From: a bacterium
GTDB taxonomy: Bacteria > UBA8248
Direction of reading: 5' to 3'
Assembly: GCA_963692865.2 (NCBI GenBank)
Contig: OY843592.1
Span: 1,568,001-1,632,000 of the forward strand
Length of the DNA stretch: 64,000 nucleotides
The notes beneath the pieces are model-generated. The model was not told the origin of the DNA. It ran no database searches and saw only the letters and a program-made list of their open reading frames with translations. Each line of letters starts with the position of its first letter. Positions within the stretch are counted from its first letter, which is position 1. The translations under genes were made by a program, and so were the position numbers. Positions 53,087 to 61,990 of this stretch are shown here, piece by piece.

Positions 53087-54001
53087 TCAGGACGCCGTTT
53101 CCCATTCGGGGATGCCGGCGTGGAGGAGTTGACCCGGAAGCTGGCGGTTCAGGACCTTCTCCGCGTGGGCGACGGCCTCGAGGAGTTTCGGCAGGTCGAC
53201 CCCCGTTTCAATCCCCATCTCATGGAGCATGTTGATCGCATCCTCGCTCGCGATGTTCCCGGTAGCGCGCGGGGCGAAGGGGCAGCCGCCCAGGCCGCCG
53301 ATGGACGCGTCGAACGTGTCGATACCGACTTCGAGGCCCGCCAGCAGGTTGGCGAGGCCGGCCCCCCTCGTGTTGTGGAGGTGCAGCGCGTAGCGCACGG
53401 ATGGGAATTTTTCGCGTATGTGCGTGGTGAGCCTCTTGATCTCCGCCGGGTTTGTCATGCCCACGGTGTCGGCCAGGCCGATCTCCGCACAGCCCATGTC
53501 CACGTATTCGCCGACTACCCACTCCACGTCCCCATACGAAATGCGCCCCTCGTACGGGCAGCCGAACGCGGCGACCACGCCGCCCCGGAGCTTGAGGCCC
53601 GCGTCCAGCGCCATCCCGGCGACTTCGCGGGCGACGCCGAGCATCGTTTCCCGGCTCGCGCGGATGTTCTTCTGGTTGAACGTCTCGCTGGCGGCGACGA
53701 AGAGCATGACGCCGTCCAGTTCGCATTCGAGGGCGCGCTCCATGCCGCGCACGTTGGGAACCAGCGCCTCGTACTCGGCGTCGGGGCTGCGTTTGCAGCC
53801 AGCCAGCACCTCCTGAGCGTCCCTCATCTGGGGGACGTGCCTGGGACTCACGAAGCTCGTCACCTCGACCCGGCGGACGCCCGCGTCGGTGATGGCGTCG
53901 AGAAGCCGTATCTTGTCCTCGGGCGTGATGTAGGTTTTTTCGTTCTGGAGGCCGTCTCGCGTGCCGACCTCGACGATACCGACCTTCGTGGGGAGACTCA
54001 T
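53087..54001 (-). CDS. Hydroxymethylglutaryl-CoA lyase family protein (DRE-TIM)
   Basis: EVG.RDGLQNE..SFVSP..VPQM.D..DTVG..HLHNTRG..GGLGGCPFAP.ATGN. Confidence 0.92.
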   Translation of the reverse strand: MSLPTKVGIVEVGTRDGLQNEKTYITPEDKIRLLDAITDAGVRRVEVTSFVSPRHVPQMRDAQEVLAGCKRSPDAEYEALVPNVRGMERALECELDGVMLFVAASETFNQKNIRASRETMLGVAREVAGMALDAGLKLRGGVVAAFGCPYEGRISYGDVEWVVGEYVDMGCAEIGLADTVGMTNPAEIKRLTTHIREKFPSVRYALHLHNTRGAGLANLLAGLEVGIDTFDASIGGLGGCPFAPRATGNIASEDAINMLHEMGIETGVDLPKLLEAVAHAEKVLNRQLPGQLLHAGIPEWETAS

Positions 54002-54049
54002 CGGGTTCCCTCTCCTGAGCAGTTTGATAATGCGTTCGTTCTTGCAGTC

Positions 54050-55153
54050 TTATGTAGTGGTTCTGGCGATTCTTTCGACGCGGGCGGGGATGCCGACCGC
54101 TCCGTGCCCGGTCGTATCCGCCGCCGTGAACTCGCCGCCCGATATGGCGTGGCGCCACTCGGCGTATGGCTCCTCATCGAGCAGGTGGGCGAGCTCGTGC
54201 GCCCTGTCCGCGTTATCGAGCGAGAGGGCGAGGGCGAAGCCCGCGGATTTCGCGATGTAGGATTCATAGGGCGAACTGAGCAGGGCGGGTTTTCCGGCGG
54301 CGTCGAACACCCGCGCGACCTCCCAGGCGTTCCGGGGGCCGCCGAATTTCGCGATCTTGATGAGGCCGATGTCACAGGCTTCCATGTCGACCAAGCGGCG
54401 CGCGTCGTCGACCGAGAACAACGACTCATCCACGGCGACCTGCATGCCCCGGGCGCGGATTTCGCGGAACACGTCCACGTGCTTCTCCTCCGAGGGCAGC
54501 ACGGGCTGCTCGAAGTGTTCCAAATCGATCTCGACCATCCTGTCCGTGAACCACAGGGCTTCCTCGGGCGTGAACCCGCCGTTGGCATCCGTCCTCAGCT
54601 TGATATCGGGGCCGAACCGCTCGCGCAGCCTGACGATGCGCTCCGCATCCGCCACCGCGTCGACGCCCGATTTCACCTTGAGGGTCGTGACGCCTTTCTC
54701 CACGAGCGGTTCGGCCTTCCTGACGGCTTCATCAGGAGAGAGGAGGCCGATGGGAGCGTCGAGAGTAACGGCGTTTCTTTTGTGGCCGCCGAAGACTTGT
54801 GAGAAGGGCGCCTGGTCGAGTTTGGTTGCCAAGTCGACCGCGGCGATTTCGAGCGCGGTGCGCGCGGCGCCCATGCCCCTGAAGTCCGCGGCGTCGTCTA
54901 GCGCGGCGAGCAGCTCGTCCGCCTCTTTTCCCCGAATGCGGGGGGCGGCTTCACGGAGCGTGGCCGCCATCCCGGAACCCGTCTCCTGGGTGATGTACAT
55001 GAGCGGCGCCGCCTCGCCCCAGCCCTCTTCTCCAGAATCGTCCGTGAGGCGAACCACGACGCGCTCGAGCGTCGCCGCGCCGCCGTAGCGGTTTCTTGAC
55101 CCCTGGGCGACTTCCACGGCGGTATCCCAGACCGTTGCTTCCTGAATCGGCAT
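54050..55153 (-). CDS. Enolase-superfamily enzyme (muconate cycloisomerase / dipeptide epimerase subgroup)
   Basis: GWGEA; KVK; DANG; EQP; DES; KIAKFGG. Confidence 0.88.
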   Translation of the reverse strand: MPIQEATVWDTAVEVAQGSRNRYGGAATLERVVVRLTDDSGEEGWGEAAPLMYITQETGSGMAATLREAAPRIRGKEADELLAALDDAADFRGMGAARTALEIAAVDLATKLDQAPFSQVFGGHKRNAVTLDAPIGLLSPDEAVRKAEPLVEKGVTTLKVKSGVDAVADAERIVRLRERFGPDIKLRTDANGGFTPEEALWFTDRMVEIDLEHFEQPVLPSEEKHVDVFREIRARGMQVAVDESLFSVDDARRLVDMEACDIGLIKIAKFGGPRNAWEVARVFDAAGKPALLSSPYESYIAKSAGFALALSLDNADRAHELAHLLDEEPYAEWRHAISGGEFTAADTTGHGAVGIPARVERIARTTT

Positions 55154-55310
55154 GAAAGAATCTCCTGTGTGAACGGAAGGCCGGAGCCTCCGTTATTGAG
55201 GGGCTGTTGAAAAAGTCCCCTAAAAACAGGGAAAGGATTTCTCAATCGACATACGCTTAATAAATGACTCCCCCTTGAGGGTTATGACTACCCAAGGAGA
55301 GGGAAACTTT

Positions 55311-55458
55311 ACTCCCCCCTTGAGGGGGAGTCGAAGAGGCCGAGCGCTTTGTGCGAAGGCCGATTCGGTGGGGGGACATGCCACAGAAAAGAGCTCCCCC
55401 CACCAGCGCGACTTCGAGCTTCGCCCTCGTCTTGCTGACTCCCCCTCAAGGGGGGAGT
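55311..55458. repeat. Family F doublet (ACTCCCCCCTTGAGGGGGAGTC...GACTCCCCCTCAAGGGGGGAGT)
   Basis: Near-identical copy at 62184-62350; fragments near 46242, 47094, 52110, 52198, 55266 and 60487. Confidence 0.85.
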
Positions 55459-55540
55459 GATTGTTGAGTACTCTACAGGGAGAGAGATTTATCTCCTCTC
55501 ACTCCCCGGTCTTCGCCCCTTCGTCTCCTTCGGGCAACGC

Positions 55541-56062
55541 TCATTCAGGCGCGTAGATCCGGATGTCCGGCAGGGTGCGGTACGCCTCGTCGCAGTCCAG
55601 CCCGTAGCCGACCACGAAATGGTTCTCGATCGTGAAGCCCACATGGTCCGCGTGGATATCGACTTCCCGCCTCTCCGGCTTGTCCATCAACACGCACGTC
55701 CTGAGCGTTGCAGGGCGCATATCTCTCAGAATATCAATGGTTTTCGAGAACGTGTGGCCCGTGTCGAGAATGTCGTCGATGAGCAGCACGTTCCGCCCCT
55801 CGACCTCGCCCAGGTGCCTGGCGTCGATTTCCACCTTGCCCGTGCTTTGCGTCCCCTCCTTGTAGCTCGAAGCCGTGAGGAAGCCGAGCGTGGTGTTGCG
55901 CTGAAGAGCGCGGGCGAGGTCGACGCCGAAGACAATCGCGCCTTTCAGAATCATGACGACGTGAACGGGGCCTTCGGGCAGCGCGGCGTTGATCTCGGCG
56001 GCGAGCCCTGTGAGGCGCGTTTGTATCTCCGTCTCCGGTATCAATATCTCGTCAGCGGGCAT
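55541..56062 (-). CDS. hpt: Hypoxanthine phosphoribosyltransferase
   Basis: ILKG..F..DL..SSY..VLLIDDILDTG.T..FVVGYGLD..YR.LP. Confidence 0.95.
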   Translation of the reverse strand: MPADEILIPETEIQTRLTGLAAEINAALPEGPVHVVMILKGAIVFGVDLARALQRNTTLGFLTASSYKEGTQSTGKVEIDARHLGEVEGRNVLLIDDILDTGHTFSKTIDILRDMRPATLRTCVLMDKPERREVDIHADHVGFTIENHFVVGYGLDCDEAYRTLPDIRIYAPE

Positions 56063-56065
56063 CGT

Positions 56066-57208
56066 CTACTCGAGCACGGCCAGCAGAAGGCGCTTTAGAT
56101 CCTCCTGCGTCGAAGGGACGGGGTTCGTGTTGACCTGGTGGCTCTCCGCCGCGTCTTTCGCCAGGACGTCCAGGTCCTCGTTCACGACGTCCGCCGCTCT
56201 CAGACTGGCCGGAATGCCGATGTCCGTGTTGAGTTCGCGGATAGCGTCTATCGCCGCCTCGGCCGCCTGCGGGGCGCCGTCTTTCAGGAGCGGCGCCATT
56301 CGCGCGTACGCTTCGCGCATGACGGGAAGGTTGAACTCCATGACGGGCGGCAGGAAGATGCCGTTCGCCGTGCCGTGGTGCAGCCCGTGGTAGGCGCCCA
56401 GCGGATGCGCGAGCGAGTGCACGATTCCTAATCCTGTATTGGTGAACGCGCGTCCCGCGAGCATGGCGGCCAGCGAGATGGCGTCGGCGGCCTCGGGGTC
56501 CGATGGGTCGTCCACGTAGGCCCTGCCGTGCGCCCCGATGCGCGCGATTGACTCGAACGCGAGCGCCTCCGTCCAGGGGTTGGAAGCGGGCGAGCCGACC
56601 GATTCGACCGCGTGCGTCAGGGCGTCCATCATCGCGCCGGCGGCGATGTGCGAGGGAAGTTTGGCCAGGAGTGCGGAGTCGACGACCGCCACTTTCGCGA
56701 ACAGCGAGTCGTCCGCCAGGACGGTCTTGATCATGAGATCTGTGTCCGTGACGATGGAGCTCATGGTGACCTCGCTGCCCGTGCCCGCCGTGGTGGGGAC
56801 GGTGATGAGCGGCGGGCCGGGATTCGTGGCCTTGCCGCGCCCGTAGTAGTCGCTCGGCGCGCCGCCGTTCGCGACGATGGCCAGCGTCGCCTTGGCGGTG
56901 TCCATCGTGCTGCCGCCGCCTGCGGCGATGAAGCCGTCGCAGCCGTGTTCACTGAAGAAATCGCGCGCCGCGAGGATGCTGGCGTCGGATGGATTCGCCT
57001 CGGCCTGATCGTAGAACCGGTAGTCGATCCTTGAGTCTTCGAGGCCTTTCAGCACCGGGTCGAGCGCCCCGCTCGACGCGAGTCCGGGGTCGGTGACGAA
57101 CATCGGCTTCGCCATCCCCAGGTTCTTCGCCTCCTCGCCGACATGGGTGGCCTCTCCTCGGCCGAAGCGGACGCGCGGGCCGGATGCAATCTGAAACGGT
57201 TTCACCAT
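56066..57208 (-). CDS. Iron-containing alcohol dehydrogenase
   Basis: GGGS.MD.AK..PTTAGTGSE..DALTHAVES..HSLAH..HG. Confidence 0.93.
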   Translation of the reverse strand: MVKPFQIASGPRVRFGRGEATHVGEEAKNLGMAKPMFVTDPGLASSGALDPVLKGLEDSRIDYRFYDQAEANPSDASILAARDFFSEHGCDGFIAAGGGSTMDTAKATLAIVANGGAPSDYYGRGKATNPGPPLITVPTTAGTGSEVTMSSIVTDTDLMIKTVLADDSLFAKVAVVDSALLAKLPSHIAAGAMMDALTHAVESVGSPASNPWTEALAFESIARIGAHGRAYVDDPSDPEAADAISLAAMLAGRAFTNTGLGIVHSLAHPLGAYHGLHHGTANGIFLPPVMEFNLPVMREAYARMAPLLKDGAPQAAEAAIDAIRELNTDIGIPASLRAADVVNEDLDVLAKDAAESHQVNTNPVPSTQEDLKRLLLAVLE

Positions 57209-57229
57209 GAATGCACTCCTTCACTGCTC

Positions 57230-57859
57230 TTATGAGGTTTCGGAGAACGTACGAAGCATACGTTCGTAATCTTCTTCCGTGTCGATGTCGAGAAAGATAT
57301 CATCATTGGGGAGTTCGAGAAAAACGATCTGGCCGGGAGATTCGGTTTCCAGCCTTCGGATGATCCCCCGGCCTCCCGCATCGCCGCTCGTCCGGAGCAG
57401 TTCTTCTCTCAAGGAGGCAGAGAACAGCGTGGGGTTTCCGCGCCTGCCCTCGAAGGCCGGCACCGCGAGGAGAGCGTCGGGCCGGGAGGTCTGATACAGG
57501 GAAATCATGTCGTTCACAATCCCGGGCGTCAGCAGGGGCTGATCGCCCAGGACGAACAGATAGGCCTCCGCAGCCTCATGCGCCGCCTCTATGCCTGCGA
57601 TCATGCTCGTGCTCTGGCCCTCGGCGTAGCGGGGGTTGTGCGTGATGCGCAGGTTCAAGCCGCTCACGGCCTCTTTCACCTTCGCCTCCTCATGGCCCGT
57701 GACGAGGATAACCTCGGAAACTGCGCTTGCGAGCACCGCTTTCGCCGTCTTGCGCAGGACGGCCTCACCCCCCAGGGGGAGGAGGAGCTTGTTCCGCCTC
57801 AGGCGTTTCGAGAGGCCTGCGGCGAGGATGATCGCCGTGATGCGGCGCGCGTCCGCCAT
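57230..57859 (-). CDS. Nucleotidyltransferase, MocA-like (molybdenum cofactor cytidylyltransferase)
   Basis: ILAAGLS.R..NKLLL..N..Y.EG.STS..LGDQP..RGNP.LF..GD.GGR..DIDT..DY. Confidence 0.85.
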   Translation of the reverse strand: MADARRITAIILAAGLSKRLRRNKLLLPLGGEAVLRKTAKAVLASAVSEVILVTGHEEAKVKEAVSGLNLRITHNPRYAEGQSTSMIAGIEAAHEAAEAYLFVLGDQPLLTPGIVNDMISLYQTSRPDALLAVPAFEGRRGNPTLFSASLREELLRTSGDAGGRGIIRRLETESPGQIVFLELPNDDIFLDIDTEEDYERMLRTFSETS

Positions 57860-57949
57860 AGAGTGCTGTCCGCCGAAAGAGAAAAGTGAAGTTCGGGCTG
57901 CCGCGGCATGGTAAGGAGACGGGCTTCGCGGTGTCAATTCCGGGCGGGC

Positions 57950-58300
57950 GGGGCTGTTGGAAAAGTTCCGGTTTCGTGATTCGGCGTATGCGCAAGAGGG
58001 GGAGAGAGGCCGTAGGGACAGGTCGAGACCTTGGGCCGCTCACAAAAACGGCCCACTACAAGAGGCGATGCGGTTTTGATCGTCATTCCGGTGTCGGAGC
58101 CGACCGAGGAGGGAGGGTTCGACGGAATCCAGAAATGTCCCACGCGGGACATTTCACTTTGCTTTTGTATTTGACTTTTCGCTTTATCGTTTTTCTTGGT
58201 CTTCCTGCGATTCGGTATCCCCGTCTGCTCTGGATTCCGGCTTTCGCCGGAATGACGGCGGTAGCCAATTCGGAGCCAGAAGAACTTTTCCAACAACCCC
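57950..58300. mobile_element. TIR-bounded cassette 6 with 8-bp target duplication
   Basis: GGGGCTGTTGGAAAAGTTC...GAACTTTTCCAACAACCCC, flanked by GGGCGGGC on both sides; contains C, I and D repeats. Confidence 0.8.
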
Positions 58301-58515
58301 GGGCGGGCGCCGCCCGAGCCTTTCCGTTGACAACCCCTCACCTCGACCCTAATATCGGGAAGCGCTCAAAACCCACGATATTTCCCACAACACACCCGGA
58401 TGCGGGCGAGTCGTTCCACCGGTTTTGGCGCGGATTGAACGAGCGCGCTTCAAGCAGCGAATCGCAAGGATTCGAACAGTTCACTCATAGCGGAACACCC
58501 CGGAGGAGAATCACC

Positions 58516-59229
58516 ATGGCGTACAAGAACCACGAAATCATCGATCTCTCGCAAGACATCTACCAGGGACAGCCGGTGTTCGTCGGACACCCCGAAACCT
58601 GGCGCTGGACGAACATGACGCACGAGGAAAGCGCCGCCAGCGGACGCTTCAAGAGCGAGATGAGCTATTACTCGGGCATCATCCAGTTCTGCGAGCACGG
58701 CCCCACGCACGTGGATTCGGTCAGCCATCTCGACCCCTCGCCCGACGCGCCGCACATCGACGAGATGAGCTTCGATAACTTCTACAGCCGGGGCATCGCG
58801 ATTGATTTCGAAAACGTCGAGGACAACAGCTACATCAACGCCGACGACGTGAAGCGCAGGCTCGACCACTACAATTACGAGATAAAGCCGGGCGACACGC
58901 TCCTCTACACATACGGGCACTTCAAGCGCCACCACCCGACGCCTCTCTACACCACGGCCTACGCCGGCTGGACGCGCGATGCGGCCGAGTACGTTTATGG
59001 CGAGTGCGGGGCCATCAACGTGGCCACCGACGCTCCCAGCATGGATATGGCCACCAGCCCGGATTATCCCTGCCACCTCGTTTGCCGTGAACTGGGACGC
59101 ATCAACACGGAAAACCTGTGCAACATCGAACTGGTGGTGGGCAAGGAATTCCTCTATATCGGGCTTCCGCTCAAGATCCGGGGCGGGTCGGGTTCGCCGA
59201 TCCGGGCGATAGCCGTGCTGAACGCCTGA
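58516..59229 (+). CDS. Cyclase family metal-dependent hydrolase (kynurenine formamidase-like)
   Basis: IIDLS..EHGPTHVD..H; D.PS.D; ENL.N; PLKI.GGSGSPIRA; RBS GGAGGAG. Confidence 0.88.
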   Translation: MAYKNHEIIDLSQDIYQGQPVFVGHPETWRWTNMTHEESAASGRFKSEMSYYSGIIQFCEHGPTHVDSVSHLDPSPDAPHIDEMSFDNFYSRGIAIDFENVEDNSYINADDVKRRLDHYNYEIKPGDTLLYTYGHFKRHHPTPLYTTAYAGWTRDAAEYVYGECGAINVATDAPSMDMATSPDYPCHLVCRELGRINTENLCNIELVVGKEFLYIGLPLKIRGGSGSPIRAIAVLNA

Positions 59230-59251
59230 TTTCCTCTCGCGCGAGGCGAAC

Positions 59252-60286
59252 ATGAAAGCCCTGGTGAAACAGGCGAAAGGGCCCGGCAACATGGCGCTCC
59301 TGGAAGTGGAGGAGCCTCGCGTAGGCCCCGGGCAGGTGAAGGTGAAAATCGCCTATGCCGGCATCTGCGGCACGGACGTGCACATCGCCTCGGGTGAGTT
59401 TTTCCACTACTTCCCCCCGCTGGTGCTGGGGCATGAGTTCTCGGGCGAGGTGGTGGAAACGGGCGCAGGCGTCGAGGGGGTTCCGCTCGGCGCGCGGGTG
59501 ACGGCCGAACCCACGAAATCGACGTGCCGCGTCTGCCCGCACTGCATCTCGGGCCGCTACAACCGGTGCGAGGAGCGCGACATCGCGGGCGTGGTGAGCA
59601 ACGGCGCCTTCACCGACTACGTGGTCACCCGGGCGGAGTCGATTCACCGCCTGCCAGACGGCGTGAGCCTGAAGGCGGCGGCGCTCTCCGAACCCCTGGC
59701 GGTCTGCGTCCACGGGGTGTGTGAGCAATGCAGCGTGCGCGAGGGGGACGTCGTCCTCATCATGGGGCCGGGCGCCATCGGTCTTGGGTGCGCACAGGTG
59801 GCAATCGCCCACGGCGCGCGCGTGATGGTGGCGGGCGCCGGTAAGGACGCGCACAGGCTCGCGCTCGCCCGCTCGCTGGGTGCGGAGTGGACGGTGAACG
59901 TCGAGAAAGAAAACGTCCTCGAACGTGCTCTGGAAGTCACGAACGGCTGGGGGGTCGATTTGGGCGTAGAGGCGGCGGGGGCTCCCGGCGCGCTAGAAGT
60001 TTGCGTCGAGGCGGTGAAGAAGGGAGGAGAAATCCTCCAGGTGGGTCTGCCCGGCGCGCCCGTTTCGGTCGATATGGACAGGCTGGCGTTCAAGGAGATT
60101 CGCCTGGTCGGCACGTTCGGCCAGAAGCGCTCCGCCTGGCTCCTGGCCCTCGAACTGCTGGAGTCGGGCAGGGTGGACGCCGAGGCGATGGTGTCCGACG
60201 TGCTCCCGCTCGATGAATGGGAGAGAGGCTTCGACATCATGGCGCGCGGAGCGGGGCTGAAGGTGCTCCTCGCGCCCGAGGGATAG
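59252..60286 (+). CDS. Zn-dependent medium-chain dehydrogenase (sorbitol/threonine DH-like)
   Basis: GICGTD.H..GHEFSG..C..C.HC..C..EPLA..GPGAIG. Confidence 0.92.
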   Translation: MKALVKQAKGPGNMALLEVEEPRVGPGQVKVKIAYAGICGTDVHIASGEFFHYFPPLVLGHEFSGEVVETGAGVEGVPLGARVTAEPTKSTCRVCPHCISGRYNRCEERDIAGVVSNGAFTDYVVTRAESIHRLPDGVSLKAAALSEPLAVCVHGVCEQCSVREGDVVLIMGPGAIGLGCAQVAIAHGARVMVAGAGKDAHRLALARSLGAEWTVNVEKENVLERALEVTNGWGVDLGVEAAGAPGALEVCVEAVKKGGEILQVGLPGAPVSVDMDRLAFKEIRLVGTFGQKRSAWLLALELLESGRVDAEAMVSDVLPLDEWERGFDIMARGAGLKVLLAPEG

Positions 60287-60350
60287 GCCAGGAATCGGGA
60301 ATGACTGCGCAACAGGGAAGATTTGACGCGAACGGGGAGGGGCGGTTTTT

Positions 60351-60570
60351 GTAGGGGCCGCATACTATGCGGCCCGCGTCCCGGCCGGCGAGAAAGGCCG
60401 GGTCGCATAATATGCGACCCCTACACACCCTCTGGCAAGGCAGTATCCCGTCGCCGTCATACCGGTATTGCAGGGTTTTTCAACTACCCCCTCAAGGGGG
60501 GAGTGTATGGTAGGCGCTCTACATAGGTGGAGTGGTTCGGCACGACCTGCAAGGGTTTTTCAACAACCCC
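60351..60570. repeat. REP mosaic: family A doublet plus two tandem right-hand TIRs and an F hairpin
   Basis: A doublet at 60351-60424; TTTTTCAACTACCCC (to 60490) and TTTTTCAACAACCCC (to 60570). Confidence 0.7.
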
Positions 60571-60671
60571 GCCAGGCGAGGAACGGAGCATGGCCGCGCT
60601 TTTCGCCGGGAAACACGAACTCAGGGAAAGATGAGAGATATTCGGACTAACGTAAAGCATACATATAGAGG

Positions 60672-61184
60672 ATGGCACACATGAGCATCGACGGAAAAGA
60701 ATTCAGAACCGCCCTCGGCAGGTTCGCCACGGGCGTCACGGTCGTCACCGCGAAAACGTCGACCGAAGCCCGCGGCATGACGGCGAACGCGTTCTCCTCC
60801 CTCTCACTCGACCCGCCGCTCGTCCTGGTGTGTTACGACAACAAGGCGTCGAGCCTGAAGATCGTGCAGGAGGCGAAGAAGTTCGCCATCAACTTCCTGG
60901 CGGAGGAGCAGAAGAACGCCTCCGACTGGTTCGCGGGCAAGGGCCGGGACGCGGAGGATCAGTTCGCCGACATCCCGCATGAGATCGGCGAGAACGGCTC
61001 GCCCGTGCTCACGGGGAACGTGGGCGTTCTCGAATGCGACCTGCACGAGGAGCTTCCGGGGGGAGACCACACCATCGTCGTGGGGCGCGTGACGCGCGTC
61101 GTGCTCGAAGAGGAGGTGCGCGCGCCCCTTCTTTTCTACGGCAGCGCCTACCGGAAGATGGACATGGACGGCGCCTACGACTGA
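60672..61184 (+). CDS. Flavin reductase (DIM6/NTAB, HpaC-like)
   Basis: FR.ALGRFATGVTVVT..GMTANAFSSLSLDPPLV..GGDH..PLLF. Confidence 0.93.
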   Translation: MAHMSIDGKEFRTALGRFATGVTVVTAKTSTEARGMTANAFSSLSLDPPLVLVCYDNKASSLKIVQEAKKFAINFLAEEQKNASDWFAGKGRDAEDQFADIPHEIGENGSPVLTGNVGVLECDLHEELPGGDHTIVVGRVTRVVLEEEVRAPLLFYGSAYRKMDMDGAYD

Positions 61185-61220
61185 TCCTTCAATCCGGCCC
61201 TATATTCGCAAGGAGTTCCT

Positions 61221-61982
61221 TTGGCTTCATATCGCGCGGTTGCGTTCGACCTCTTCGACACGCTCGTCGATTTCGACATCTCCCTCTTCCCGGTGGTGGA
61301 GATTGACGGCAAGGAGGAGAAGACCACCTCCAAGGCGGCTTACGACGCGCTCTACGAGGGCGGTTTCCTCGTGCCGAACTACCAGGCCTTCCACCAGCTC
61401 TGGCTCCAGAACTCGAAAGAGGTCTGGGGCGAGCGCAACAACGACCCCGAGCTAAAAGAGGTTCGCTCGATAGTCCGTTTCCGTCGCCTCATGGCGCTCC
61501 TGGTGGCGATTCCCGAACAGGACAGGGAACGGGCCGCACTCACGGCCCTGAACGCCCACATGTACGGCATCGAGAATTCCGTGGTGTTCGACGCCGACCG
61601 GCTCGACGTGCTGGGGCGGATAAAAGAAGCCGGCCTGCCGGTAGCGCTCCTGAGCAACTTCGACCATGCGCCCACCGCCCGGCGGATCATCGATCGGATG
61701 GGCATCACGCCGTATATGGATTCCATCTTGATTTCAGAGGATGAGGGCTTCAGGAAGCCCGCGGCGTCGCTGTTCCTCAAGGTGGCCGAGGAGTTGGGCG
61801 TTGCGCCCGGTGAGGCGCTCTTCGTGGGCGATACGTTCGATGCCGACGTGGAGGGCCCGCAAGCGGTGGGCATGCCGTGCGCCTGGCTCAACAGGAAGGG
61901 AGCGCCCGCGCCGGAGGGAAGCCGCGCGCCCGATTTCGAGATTGCGGATATCAGGGAGGCGCTTTCGATACTGGGGTTGTAG
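61221..61982 (+). CDS. HAD-superfamily hydrolase
   Basis: FDLFDTL; LSN; KP; VGD..DV.G. Confidence 0.9.
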   Translation: MASYRAVAFDLFDTLVDFDISLFPVVEIDGKEEKTTSKAAYDALYEGGFLVPNYQAFHQLWLQNSKEVWGERNNDPELKEVRSIVRFRRLMALLVAIPEQDRERAALTALNAHMYGIENSVVFDADRLDVLGRIKEAGLPVALLSNFDHAPTARRIIDRMGITPYMDSILISEDEGFRKPAASLFLKVAEELGVAPGEALFVGDTFDADVEGPQAVGMPCAWLNRKGAPAPEGSRAPDFEIADIREALSILGL

Positions 61983-61990
61983 GAGGTCTC

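Noticed and set aside
57886-58515. Long in-frame N-terminal extension of the cyclase through cassette 6
   Set aside because: A strong RBS and ATG sit at 58516, and the extension is repeat-derived and overlaps the divergent gene region. Most likely a chance open frame.
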